Origin: a virus
Lineage: Duplodnaviria > Caudoviricetes
Reading direction: 5' to 3' (one strand)
DNA length: 64,000 bases
IMG/VR virus record: IMGVR_UViG_3300028805_000081
Location: 45,930-109,929 of that record
The notes under the pieces were generated by a model. That model did not search any database. It was given only the letters and a program-made list of their open reading frames with translations, and was not told where the DNA came from. Numbering within the stretch: the first letter of the stretch is position 1; each line of letters starts with the position of its first letter. Of this stretch, positions 48,338 through 58,450 are shown one piece after another. The position numbers and the translations under genes are program-made.

Positions 48338-48832
48338 ATGGGACACAAAAAAAAATATAGTGATAAGGAACTGAGAAATATGAGTAAAAAATACTTTAGA
48401 AACTTCACGGTTATCAACCCTGAGATAAAAGACTATGAAATCATTGATTATGAAACCAAAGGCAATGTGATCAGATTCTATCTCGGCAAGAATGGTGGAC
48501 AATGGGGCGATGACTGGGACGATCCATTAGATAATGCCGGCAAGGTGTATAATGAACATATCGGTTCAACTCTTGACATGTTCATTCCTTACGATGACTA
48601 TGTTCTCACTCCGACAGACTGTTTATCAAGTTATTACAACAGTCATCTTTGGCAAAATAAAGCTATGATGATTGAACGCAAGCTGCCATGTGTATTAATC
48701 GTTCCTGAAAAACTTGCTGAAGATCGCTGGGATATTACTTTTGAGTCGTTTGTCGGAGATGATAATATTCAGAAATTTTACTTTGGCGATGATCTTAAAG
48801 AACAGGTTGAAGCTGGCGAGGGATGGTTTTAA
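48338..48832 (+). CDS. hypothetical protein (QWGDDWDD motif)
   Basis: 164 aa ORF. Confidence 0.75.
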   Translation: MGHKKKYSDKELRNMSKKYFRNFTVINPEIKDYEIIDYETKGNVIRFYLGKNGGQWGDDWDDPLDNAGKVYNEHIGSTLDMFIPYDDYVLTPTDCLSSYYNSHLWQNKAMMIERKLPCVLIVPEKLAEDRWDITFESFVGDDNIQKFYFGDDLKEQVEAGEGWF

Positions 48833-49302
48833 TTATGAGTGTAATTGATAATCAGATCCTTTCATTACAGGGCAGACTTCACGATGCTGAAAGAGAGATG
48901 CATTTAAAGAGAGAACAGTATCTGAATATTGGCGAAGAAATCATTAAACTCAAACAGAAAAAACTATCCTGTCTTGTCGGAAAGGCGTTTAGGAATAAGC
49001 GATATGATGAGTATTTTATCGTGTCTGAAGTCCCGCAGTATGGCAGAATTAAGACCGGTGATTTTGTTTGCAATCTATACCAAATCCCGATTTTATTTGC
49101 CGGGCAGTCAGCTACAAATAAAGGCGAGATCTATATAGGAAAAGATACAGTGTTCTCTAATGCTGTAGATGCTGATGATGTACTTAAAGCCTTTCTTTCT
49201 GATAAGTATGAAGAAATTTCTGTTGATGAGTTCTATGATGCAACCTGTGAGTTAATAAAGAACAGGATAGATAATATCAAAGGAGATAATGATGGAACAT
49301 AA
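48823..49302 (+). CDS. hypothetical protein
   Basis: Overlap packing. Confidence 0.75.
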   Translation: MVLIMSVIDNQILSLQGRLHDAEREMHLKREQYLNIGEEIIKLKQKKLSCLVGKAFRNKRYDEYFIVSEVPQYGRIKTGDFVCNLYQIPILFAGQSATNKGEIYIGKDTVFSNAVDADDVLKAFLSDKYEEISVDEFYDATCELIKNRIDNIKGDNDGT

Positions 49303-50155
49303 GAAGTACAGAGATATTGAACGTTTAAAGGAAAATAACAGTGACACTTTTAAACCCGGTGATCACATTATAATCACAGAAAAGATTGATGGTACTAATG
49401 CTACAATCGGCTACGATAACGGCATTGTGGCAATGAGCCGAAACAGAATCCTTACTTTTGATAATACAAACAGAGGATTTTATGAATTTGCTAACCGTCT
49501 TGATGCTGAAAAGGTAAATAAACTGCTTGGTAGTAGGTATTTATTATCAGGCGAATGGGCAGTCCCACATACAGTTGTTTATCCGAAAGAATCACAAGAT
49601 AACATGTATGTGTTTGATCTGTACGACACAGAAACAAAAACTTATCTTGATATGCATCAGGCGTTCTTGGTAGCAGACACACTTGGTTTACCAAAGGTTG
49701 CTGTGTTCTATGAAGGTGAGTTTATATCTTGGGAACATTGTATGTCATTTGTAGGTAAGACAGCTTTAGGTGGAGAATATGGCGAGGGCATTGTTATTCA
49801 TGGTGATGACGGTAAGATTATCAAGATTGTATCTGACAGATTCGCAGAAACAAAGAAGGTAAAGAAAACTCCGACTCCTGAAGAACTGGCTGCACAGAGT
49901 CAGGCGTATGAACTTGCTAAGACTATTGTTACAGAAGCAAGAGTGCGCAAGATTTTAAATAAGCTCGTTGATGAAAATATTCTCCCGGAGAAGTGGGACG
50001 AACATGATCTTAAAACTGTGTCACAGCACTTACCTAAGAGAGTGTATGAGGACTGCATGAAGGAAGAACCGGAAACGGCAAACTTAATCGGCAAAGACTT
50101 CGGAAAACTTGCCGGTAAGTTAAGTATGACTTATGCAAGGTCTTTCATAGTGTAA
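49289..50155 (+). CDS. RNA ligase family protein (Rnl2-like)
   Basis: EKIDGTN; SGEW; VFDL; GEGIVI; IKIV..RFAE. Confidence 0.85.
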   Translation: MMEHKKYRDIERLKENNSDTFKPGDHIIITEKIDGTNATIGYDNGIVAMSRNRILTFDNTNRGFYEFANRLDAEKVNKLLGSRYLLSGEWAVPHTVVYPKESQDNMYVFDLYDTETKTYLDMHQAFLVADTLGLPKVAVFYEGEFISWEHCMSFVGKTALGGEYGEGIVIHGDDGKIIKIVSDRFAETKKVKKTPTPEELAAQSQAYELAKTIVTEARVRKILNKLVDENILPEKWDEHDLKTVSQHLPKRVYEDCMKEEPETANLIGKDFGKLAGKLSMTYARSFIV

Positions 50156-50174
50156 ACAAAGTTCTATAATTTTA

Positions 50175-50203
50175 TTGACATTCCGAGATGTTTGTGATAT
50201 AAT
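50175..50203 (+). promoter_or_regulatory. sigma-A promoter of nrdDG
   Basis: TTGACA-17bp-TATAAT; operator copy at 50152-50168. Confidence 0.85.
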
Positions 50204-50271
50204 AATAGTATAGGCAAACACTCGGTTTGTCTTGTTTGTAATATTTTATGATAATAAGGAAGTGATGAAAT

Positions 50272-52748
50272 ATGATGGTTATCAAAAGAGATGGCAGTAA
50301 GGTTAATTTTGATCCAAACAAGATTAAAATTGCTGTGTCAAAGGCAACAAAAGAAGTTTATCAGTACGATGATATAATTGATAAAATATCTCAGAAAACT
50401 CTTGATGGGACTTTATCTGCACTGAATAACCTTAAAACCTTTGAATATCCGGTAGAAACAATACAGGATATAGTCGAAGATGTTTTGATGGATATAGATC
50501 ATAATGTGGCTAAAGCCTATATTCGATATAGATTTAAACGTCAGATAATAAGGAATACTACTGATGATGCTATAATGGAGCTTGTTAAAGGTAATAGTGA
50601 ATACTGGAACACTGAAAACTCTAATAAAGATGCTAAAAACGTAACAACAATGCGTGACTATATAGCTGGTATCGTCAGCACAGATATATCAAAAAGGGTT
50701 CTTCTGCCGAGTAATGTAGTTGATGCTCATGAAAAAGGTATTATTCATTTTCATGATGCCGATTATTTTTTACAACCAATTAACAATTGCTGTTTAAGCA
50801 ATCTTGATGATATGCTTCAGAACGGAACAGTTATTAATAAAAAGATGATTGAGAAACCACATCGTTTTCTTACAGCAATGACTATAGCAACTCAGATTAT
50901 TACTGCGGTATCAAGTTCGCAATATGGTGGACAGACAGTTAATTTATCACATCTTGCCCCTTTTGTAAGAGATAGCTTTAACTATCATAAATCTAAGTAC
51001 GTAAAACGTTGGTTTAATGATGAAGATGCTTATCTTTACGCTTTACAAGATACACAAAAAGAGATAGAAGATGGTGTTCAGACGTTCAATTATCAAGTAA
51101 ATTCAATGTCAACTACAAACGGGCAGACTCCGTTTTTAAGTGTATTTATGTATTTATCTGATAATCCTGAATATGAAGAAGAAACTGCTATGATTATCAG
51201 AGAGTTCTTTAAACAAAGATTGCTCGGAATGAAAAATGAAAACGGAGTTTATGTAACTGTAGAATTTCCAAAACTTCTATATGTTCTTGAAGAAAAGAAT
51301 ATGCCGGGCGGAAAATATTATGATCTTACTGAACTCGCAGCTAAATGTACTGCAAAAAGAATGATTCCGGATTATATCTCAGAAAAGAAAATGTTGGAGT
51401 ATAAAGATGGAGATGTATACGGATGCATGGGTAAGTGTAAATGTAGCTCATGTAAAACCTTTTGAACCATTGCTCGTGGGTGTGACAATTATTTTGTTGC
51501 TAACGGTTAGGACTCAATAAGTTAAGACCGTGGGAAGTCCGAAAGGAAACCTGTATCGACTATCCCTGATGAATGTATGGGAGTAGGGACAGAGATAAGC
51601 ACTGTCGATGTTTTAGGAAACGAAGCATCTGAGAACCGAAGCGGAAGGCTACTTTATAGTAGAAGATATAGTCAGTGCCTATGGTGACATAGGATTAAAC
51701 GTGCAGATCATTTTTAACGGTTGATCGCTTCACAGATAAATTTGGCAATATATCAAAAGCTAAGAATTATAATGGGAAACATAAATATTGGGGACGTTTC
51801 AATCAGGGCGTTGTAACAATCTCATTGCCGGATGTTGCTTTTTCTTCAGGTGGTGATTTTGATAAGTTTTGGAATTTGATGAATGAAAGAACAGAGCTTT
51901 GTCATAAAGCTTTAAGATGTAGACATGAACGATTAAAGGGTACATTATCAGATTCCGCACCTATTTTATGGCAACACGGAGCTTTTGCAAGGCTTGAAAA
52001 AGGTGAAAAAATAGACGAACTTTTATATCACGGATATTCTACAATTTCTCTTGGTTATGCTGGACTCTATGAATGTGTCAAGTATATGACAGGTCATTCA
52101 CATACTGACAAAGGAATAGGAGAAAAGTTTGGGCTTGAAGTAATGACTTATCTAAATGACAAGTGTAACGAGTGGAAAGCTGCTGAAGATATTGATTATT
52201 CACCATATGGAACACCAATTGAAAGTACAACATATAAATTTGCTAAGTGCTTAAAAAAACGATTTGGTGATGATATTTTCATTAAACTTGATGGTAAAGA
52301 CAGAAATTATATAACTAACAGTTATCATGTACCAGTTTTTGAAGAAATAAATCCTTTCGATAAACTTAAAATCGAAAGTAAATTTCAGAAATTAAGTACC
52401 GGGGGAGCAGTTTCATATTCGGAGTGCTGTGATTTGACGAACAATCCGGAAGTTATACTCGAAGGTATTAAGTTTATTTATAATAACATTCTTTATGCTG
52501 AATTTAATACTAAATCAGATTATTGTATGGCTTGTGGATATGATGGAGAGATTAAGATTATTGATGAAGATGGCAAGCTTGACTGGGAATGTCCACAATG
52601 CGGTAACAGAGATCACGATAAAATGAGTGTAGCAAGGCGTACATGCGGGTACATAGGTGCTAATTATTGGAATCAAGGCAGAACAAACGAAATAAAAGAT
52701 AGATATGTACACTTTGATATTCATGAGTACAAGGAGAAAACCGAATGA
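50272..52748 (+). CDS. nrdD: anaerobic ribonucleotide reductase, spliced (exons 50272-51432 and 51702-52748)
   Basis: ATP cone; NCC; splicing restores MG|CRSFL; RRTCGYIG glycyl-radical motif. Confidence 0.93.
51433..51701 (+). mobile_element. group I intron without an endonuclease ORF
   Basis: 5' exon ends in U with a P1 U.G pair (ATGGGT/GCTCAT); P7 GACTA / AAGATATAGTC; terminal G; frame restored. Confidence 0.9.
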
Positions 52749-53245
52749 GTCATTATGCTAAAATTAATAAAATGGACACAGTAAACGGCATAGGTATTCG
52801 TGTATCAATCTTCTTTTCAGGCTGCAATTTTCATTGTAAAAATTGCTTTAACAAGGAGTTATGGGATTTCAATTATGGAATCCCGTACATCCCTGTATGT
52901 GTCGAGCCTACAATCGTAAGATTATTAGAACCGGATTACATTAAAGGTCTTTCGATTCTTGGTGGAGAACCATTTCATAATTTAGATAGTCTTTATACTC
53001 TTGTTTATACCGTTAATGAATACACGAAAAACAAGGATATTTGGATTTGGACAGGATATGAAATGGACGAGCTTCAGAACATGACGGATAACTGGAAAGT
53101 TAAATCTATCCTTGATAAAACAGATTATCTTGTTACGGGTAGATACGAAGATGATAAACGTGATTTAACCTTACGATTCAGAGGATCTTCAAATCAGAAG
53201 ATATGGCACAAAAACAATGGAGAGTGGGAAATCTATGACGAATGA
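52745..53245 (+). CDS. nrdG: anaerobic RNR activase
   Basis: NGIGIRVSIFFSGCNFHCKNCFN; LGGEP; FRGSSNQ. Confidence 0.93.
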   Translation: MSHYAKINKMDTVNGIGIRVSIFFSGCNFHCKNCFNKELWDFNYGIPYIPVCVEPTIVRLLEPDYIKGLSILGGEPFHNLDSLYTLVYTVNEYTKNKDIWIWTGYEMDELQNMTDNWKVKSILDKTDYLVTGRYEDDKRDLTLRFRGSSNQKIWHKNNGEWEIYDE

Positions 53246-53438
53246 ATTTAAACTGTACGCTGTCTATGACACGGTAGAAAACATACTCCGGGGTGATCTT
53301 ACCAGTAAACACAAGAAATACTGGGAAACTGAAAGGGCGGCAAATAAAACACTTCAGGAATTTTTAAGATTTCGTGGTTTTGAGCCGGACAGATTTAAGA
53401 TTGTTGAAGTAGACTGTAAGGTGAATACTGATGCTTGA
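53235..53438 (+). CDS. hypothetical protein
   Basis: Overlap packing. Confidence 0.65.
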   Translation: MTNEFKLYAVYDTVENILRGDLTSKHKKYWETERAANKTLQEFLRFRGFEPDRFKIVEVDCKVNTDA

Positions 53439-53775
53439 ACAATATATAACTAAAAAGTTTGACGATGAACTAAGCAGCCTTCAGAAGATATATCACGATC
53501 AGGTCAACTCTTTTATGAAGTTAAGGCTGGAGAACAAACGACTAAGAGATGAGCATTTCAAAGATGAAGAACTGGCAAAAATCAAGGCGGAAAATGAACG
53601 ATTAAGAACAATCAGTCCGTTCCCGGAAAAGTTCATGAATAAGGTTAATGAGCATTGTAAAGAGTGTAATATCCGTTCAATTCATGGTAATTTTGAAATC
53701 GCTCTTACACACATAGCAACCTTTTACAAATGGACTTGCCCTGTTTGCAAGAAAGAAATTGAGGAGTATTGGTAA
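53431..53775 (+). CDS. hypothetical protein
   Basis: AAGGTG RBS; CxxC pair. Confidence 0.75.
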   Translation: MLEQYITKKFDDELSSLQKIYHDQVNSFMKLRLENKRLRDEHFKDEELAKIKAENERLRTISPFPEKFMNKVNEHCKECNIRSIHGNFEIALTHIATFYKWTCPVCKKEIEEYW

Positions 53776-53778
53776 CTT

Positions 53779-54141
53779 ATGATTATTGCAATTAATTCAG
53801 CATCATGTAAAGATTATCGCAGCATTGATAAAACCAATGATGGCTGTTTAAGTCGGATTGACTATGATGAAGCATTTAAGGGTATTGGTTGGAATGTCAA
53901 TAAGGTTTCGATTGATAATGTGCCTGAAGAATATAAAGACACTTATGCTTATGAGTGTTTTGAGAAAGAATACAACAGGTATGTCGAAGTTGATAGCCTG
54001 AACAAACTCCCGGAGTTAATTAATAAGGTAGGCAGTATTATTATTAATCCGATAAGTCATCCTGTTAATGATATGATAGAACATGCAATCGGCAAAAAGG
54101 TAGATCTTGAACTTACTATCTATGATTGGTGGATAGAATGA
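53779..54141 (+). CDS. hypothetical protein
   Basis: GAGGAG RBS. Confidence 0.75.
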   Translation: MIIAINSASCKDYRSIDKTNDGCLSRIDYDEAFKGIGWNVNKVSIDNVPEEYKDTYAYECFEKEYNRYVEVDSLNKLPELINKVGSIIINPISHPVNDMIEHAIGKKVDLELTIYDWWIE

Positions 54142-54142
54142 T

Positions 54143-54682
54143 ATGAAAAGATATATAAGCGACCTTCATATAGGTCATGGGAACGTATTAAAATTCGATC
54201 AAAGACCGTTCTTTACGCTTGATGAGATGCATGAAACGATCATAAGCAACTGGAATAGCGTAGTCAACAAGAATGATGACGTGTATATCCTTGGTGATTT
54301 TGCGTGGAAGAACGACATTGGATTAGAAGTGTTAAAGCAGCTGAAAGGTAATAAATTTCTTATTCTCGGAAATCACGACAGACTTAATGCAGACATGGAA
54401 AAGCAGTTTGTTTGGGTTAAAGAGATGGAAACTATCAAGGATGGAGATAATCACGTAGTTCTCTGTCATTATCCAATAGCACACTGGCGAAATGCTGACT
54501 ATGGTTATATACATCTGTACGGACATATTCATGCTGGCAGAGATAGCAGACCGTTTGAAGAATATAAGGCAGAAATGCGTAAACGTGATATACCATACAG
54601 ATGTTACAATGTAGGCTGTATGATGCCATATATGAATTATACACCGAGAACACTTGATGAAATTATAAGAGGATATAAATGA
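54143..54682 (+). CDS. calcineurin-like metallophosphoesterase
   Basis: SDLHIGH; LGDF; GNHD; HYP; GHIH. Confidence 0.9.
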   Translation: MKRYISDLHIGHGNVLKFDQRPFFTLDEMHETIISNWNSVVNKNDDVYILGDFAWKNDIGLEVLKQLKGNKFLILGNHDRLNADMEKQFVWVKEMETIKDGDNHVVLCHYPIAHWRNADYGYIHLYGHIHAGRDSRPFEEYKAEMRKRDIPYRCYNVGCMMPYMNYTPRTLDEIIRGYK

Positions 54683-55215
54683 AATTTATAGCTGAGTTTG
54701 AAAAAGTATCGTTTGACCAGTTTAAGGAAGCTATGATGGATGTTATAGATGATAATTTAGGTGCTATGAACACAGTAAGCACAGATGAATATTTAGACTT
54801 TGTTAAGGAATGCTATGATGCAATTAAGCTTCCTAAAAGAGGAAGTAAAGGTTCTGCCGGTTATGACTTCACAGCTCCGTTTGGTTTCTTTGTAAGACCG
54901 GGCGATTCAATTGTAGTCCCTACAGGCATCAGATGCAAGATTGATGGAAGCTGGATGCTTAGTATTTATCCACGTTTAGGGATGGGATTTAAGACTCATG
55001 CAAGGCTTGCAAATACGGTAGGTATAATCGACAGTGATTATTACTATGCTGATAACGAAGGTCACATCATGGTTAAGCTTGTGGCAGCCGATAAGCCTAT
55101 TGATGTTAATATTGGCGATAGATTCTGTCAGGGTATCTTCACTGAATACGGCTTAACGGTAGATGATGACTGTGAAGAAATCAGAACAGGCGGATTTGGC
55201 AGTACAGGTGCATAA
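54679..55215 (+). CDS. dut: trimeric dUTPase
   Basis: AGYDF; GIIDSDY; RTGGFGSTG; motif II reads RLG. Confidence 0.88.
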   Translation: MKFIAEFEKVSFDQFKEAMMDVIDDNLGAMNTVSTDEYLDFVKECYDAIKLPKRGSKGSAGYDFTAPFGFFVRPGDSIVVPTGIRCKIDGSWMLSIYPRLGMGFKTHARLANTVGIIDSDYYYADNEGHIMVKLVAADKPIDVNIGDRFCQGIFTEYGLTVDDDCEEIRTGGFGSTGA

Positions 55216-55218
55216 GTT

Positions 55219-55446
55219 ATGGATAAGAATGAAACACAATATGTCACAACAGAATTAACCGCTTGTTATGTAATACGTAAATGCATTAAGTGTGGTAGAC
55301 TAAGAGATTTCTATTGTGCAGATCACGATTTCAACTACTGTGATAAGTGTGGACGAAAAATAATTGAAGGAGATGAGAAAGTTGGGAATGGAATCAACCA
55401 TAAAATTAACGGTGACATTAAACTCCGGACGGAAGTTTGTGAATGA
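55219..55446 (+). CDS. Zn-ribbon small protein
   Basis: CIKCG...CDKCG. Confidence 0.6.
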   Translation: MDKNETQYVTTELTACYVIRKCIKCGRLRDFYCADHDFNYCDKCGRKIIEGDEKVGNGINHKINGDIKLRTEVCE

Positions 55447-55813
55447 CGAAATCTGTTATTGGCGTAAGAATTGGGCTATGTCTGAGGAAATCTTTAAGAT
55501 ACTCGGCATAGAATACGATAAATACAAAGATGGTGGATGCTTTAAGATCAATAAGGGTGACTTACAGGAGATAAAGGAACTTCTTATTAATAGCTGTAAT
55601 GATATGCAGACTATAACAAGTTATGATTATTGGGGAGAGCCAGCTAAGTATATTGAAAGAAGTTATAAACAGGCTGGGACGATTCACATGATACAGATGT
55701 TTCAGAAGAAGAAGATAGCTTTATATGAATTATTCCCGGATGAGCTTGAAGATAGCTATGATCCTGATGACAATGTAATAGATGTTTCGGTAGAATTTAT
55801 TTATTCACCGTAA
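55373..55813 (+). CDS. hypothetical protein (YWRKNW motif)
   Basis: AAGGAG RBS; start uncertain. Confidence 0.7.
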   Translation: MRKLGMESTIKLTVTLNSGRKFVNDEICYWRKNWAMSEEIFKILGIEYDKYKDGGCFKINKGDLQEIKELLINSCNDMQTITSYDYWGEPAKYIERSYKQAGTIHMIQMFQKKKIALYELFPDELEDSYDPDDNVIDVSVEFIYSP

Positions 55814-55818
55814 TTTAG

Positions 55819-55849
55819 TAAGAGGACACAATCAAAGTGTCCTCTTTTT
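55819..55849 (+). terminator. intrinsic terminator
   Basis: AAGAGGACAC...GTGTCCTCTT followed by a T run. Confidence 0.8.
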
Positions 55850-55884
55850 AGTAAACATTGTATCATAATAATCTGCATAATCTA

Positions 55885-55913
55885 TTGACAAAGATGTGCG
55901 AATGGTATATAAT
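55885..55913 (+). promoter_or_regulatory. sigma-A promoter
   Basis: TTGACA-17bp-TATAAT; operator copies at 55851 and 55955. Confidence 0.85.
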
Positions 55914-55987
55914 TAATGTATCAAGAGAAACAGTATATATTACTTTAAGTTACAGTAAACAAAAATCTATAAAAGGAGTGATATTTT

Positions 55988-57175
55988 GTGATATACTTAG
56001 ATAACGCTGCTACTACTCAGCCTTATGCGCATCTGTCTAAATATGGTTCGCTGGCTATATCAGACGATTGGTTCAATCCGTCATCACTGTATACACCGGC
56101 TGTAAAGGTTAGTCAGAAGATTAAAGAAGCGAGAAAAACTATTGCTGATTGCATCAAGTTTAATCCTTCGGACATAATCTTCACTTCAGGTGCTACTGAA
56201 GGAAACAATATGGTTATGAGTCAGCTTTGGAAGGCATGTTTTCACACACCTGTCGAGCATAAATCAGTAAGCGTTTCGGCAGCTGCATTTTGTTTTTATG
56301 AACGTATAATCCCGGTTGATATTACCGGCAAAGTAAAACTTGATGAGCTTGATTTGATGCTTTACGATGAAGTCACAGCAGATGGCAGACGAGAAATCCC
56401 TAATAGCATAAATGACAGTCCTTATTTAGTGTCGATCATAGCTGCTAACAATGAAATTGGCACTATTCAGCCTATTGATGAGATTGCTGAGATATGTCAT
56501 AAATACAATGTGGTTCTTCATCTTGACTGCACACAGGCGATGGGAAAGATTTATCTGAATTATAAGGCAGCAGATATTATTACAGCTTCAGCACATAAGT
56601 TTCATGGTTTTAAAGGTGTTGGATTTATAGCATCTAAGATAGATCTTAATAACTATATCTTAGGCGGGGCACAGGAATCCGGCATGAGAGCTGGCACAGA
56701 GAATACGATGGGTATTCTGTCAATGGCAGATGCACTTAAAACCAGCTATGATAATCTGAAAAAGAACTTTGATCATGTACATACATACAAGACTGAACTT
56801 ATCAAGGGACTTAAAGAAATCCCAGATGTAAGATTTAATTCCGAGATGTATGATAAATCAATTGATGTATTGGATCAGGAATCAACTTATAATCCTTACA
56901 TTCTGAGCGTTTCATTCAAGAATGTTAATGCCGAATCACTTCTCTATCTCTTATCATTAAAGAAGATATATGTATCATCCGGTTCGGCTTGTAACTCTAA
57001 GGAACAGGCGGTTTCTCCAATACTCAGAGAAATAAAAGTTCCTGATGAATATATCTACGGCACGATTCGTTTCTCATTCTCACACATGAATGATTTAGGT
57101 GAAGTATCACAGGTAGTTGAAGCAGTAAAGGATTGTGTGGCTTCAATAAGACATAGCCGTGGTGTAGATGTCTGA
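55988..57175 (+). CDS. iscS: cysteine desulfurase (IscS/NifS family)
   Basis: YLDNAATT; FTSGATE; SAHKFHG; SSGSAC. Confidence 0.92.
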   Translation: MIYLDNAATTQPYAHLSKYGSLAISDDWFNPSSLYTPAVKVSQKIKEARKTIADCIKFNPSDIIFTSGATEGNNMVMSQLWKACFHTPVEHKSVSVSAAAFCFYERIIPVDITGKVKLDELDLMLYDEVTADGRREIPNSINDSPYLVSIIAANNEIGTIQPIDEIAEICHKYNVVLHLDCTQAMGKIYLNYKAADIITASAHKFHGFKGVGFIASKIDLNNYILGGAQESGMRAGTENTMGILSMADALKTSYDNLKKNFDHVHTYKTELIKGLKEIPDVRFNSEMYDKSIDVLDQESTYNPYILSVSFKNVNAESLLYLLSLKKIYVSSGSACNSKEQAVSPILREIKVPDEYIYGTIRFSFSHMNDLGEVSQVVEAVKDCVASIRHSRGVDV

Positions 57176-57458
57176 GAAACGAGGAATACCAAAACACGTA
57201 CCATTATGCTTTCAACAGTGGATGAAGATGGGATTTGAATGGGTAGAAGTCCTTGATGGGTACATCCGAATTGCAACTACCGAGTATGATAAGCCGGGCA
57301 CAATAGTAATCCTGTTAGATGGATTTGGTGCTGTAAGAGCTTATCATATTGGCGAGAAAGGCGAAGAATACGCTGTTGAGTTTACAGCTGAGATGGGTAA
57401 GGCTTTATATGACACATGGCGATGGGCAAACGTAGGTTTTTTAAAGGATAACAATTAG
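57168..57458 (+). CDS. hypothetical protein
   Basis: Overlap packing. Confidence 0.7.
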   Translation: MSEKRGIPKHVPLCFQQWMKMGFEWVEVLDGYIRIATTEYDKPGTIVILLDGFGAVRAYHIGEKGEEYAVEFTAEMGKALYDTWRWANVGFLKDNN

Positions 57459-57469
57459 GAGGATTTCGT

Positions 57470-57745
57470 ATGAAAGAAAAAATTATGACATTTCTTGCGT
57501 ATACAGGAGCAATGCTTTTATGGCTTGATATTTGTGCAATGGCAGTTAGAGTTACATTACCAATGGGTACAATTATGCGCATTTACTATGTAATCGCTAT
57601 TGCAGTATATCTGATTGATGCTGCTAAGACAAACATTAAAACATGCCGTAAAGAGTTTCATGCTGAATGTGTTGCAAGAAAGCATCAGATAGAAGAAAAT
57701 TTTAAGGCAGATTATGAGTCATTCAGAAAGGAGATTCATGGATGA
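57470..57745 (+). CDS. two-TM membrane protein
   Basis: AGGAGG RBS; hydrophobic segments. Confidence 0.75.
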   Translation: MKEKIMTFLAYTGAMLLWLDICAMAVRVTLPMGTIMRIYYVIAIAVYLIDAAKTNIKTCRKEFHAECVARKHQIEENFKADYESFRKEIHG

Positions 57746-57984
57746 AAGTTAAACCGACAGTAAAGTACAAGGCTGGTATGAAGGTTATTTTCAAAGACAG
57801 CCTCGAAACTAAATGTGCACATAAGTCAACTCCTGAATTTTATCCGGAAATCGGTACTACAGGCATTATTAAAAAATGTAGGATTGCTTCAATAGCTTGT
57901 TTACTCATCAAATGGGAAACAGGATCTACACATGATGCTGATACATGGTGGTGTCCAGCAAGCTACATAGAGGTGATAGATTAA
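57742..57984 (+). CDS. hypothetical protein
   Basis: AAGGAG RBS. Confidence 0.7.
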   Translation: MKVKPTVKYKAGMKVIFKDSLETKCAHKSTPEFYPEIGTTGIIKKCRIASIACLLIKWETGSTHDADTWWCPASYIEVID

Positions 57985-58208
57985 TGGGATATTCTGCAAT
58001 TCAACAGGAGAAGTTTAAAAGCAAACATGCTTATTCTTTCCCAAAAGAAGCACGTAAAGCTCAGAAATACATGAATGATCTTATCAGACTTATCAATAAA
58101 GATCCCCTTAAAGAGCTTTACGTTACAATTGAGGGGGAAGAATTTGAACTTACAGAAACGATCAGACTGAAAGTTATTGATTATTCTGAAGGATGTGATG
58201 ATGAGTGA
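57984..58208 (+). CDS. hypothetical protein
   Basis: GAGGTG RBS; TAATG overlap. Confidence 0.7.
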   Translation: MGYSAIQQEKFKSKHAYSFPKEARKAQKYMNDLIRLINKDPLKELYVTIEGEEFELTETIRLKVIDYSEGCDDE

Positions 58209-58450
58209 CCGGGATAGCATTATTAATTATAACATTATGGGTTCTTCTGATTAATTATTGCTTTTCACAGTTCCAACACGAAACAGAAGCAAAGATAAGA
58301 GAGATAAATGAGAAAATAAATATATTATCAGACCAGCAAGTAAGTCTGATGGAACAAATAAAGGAAATGAGAGAAGATCACTATGATATATCAGGGCAGC
58401 AAATCAAGACTGAAAAAGTATATTCTGCCGATAATTCAGAATTACATTGA
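58205..58450 (+). CDS. TM + coiled-coil small protein
   Basis: GTGA overlap. Confidence 0.55.
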   Translation: MTGIALLIITLWVLLINYCFSQFQHETEAKIREINEKINILSDQQVSLMEQIKEMREDHYDISGQQIKTEKVYSADNSELH

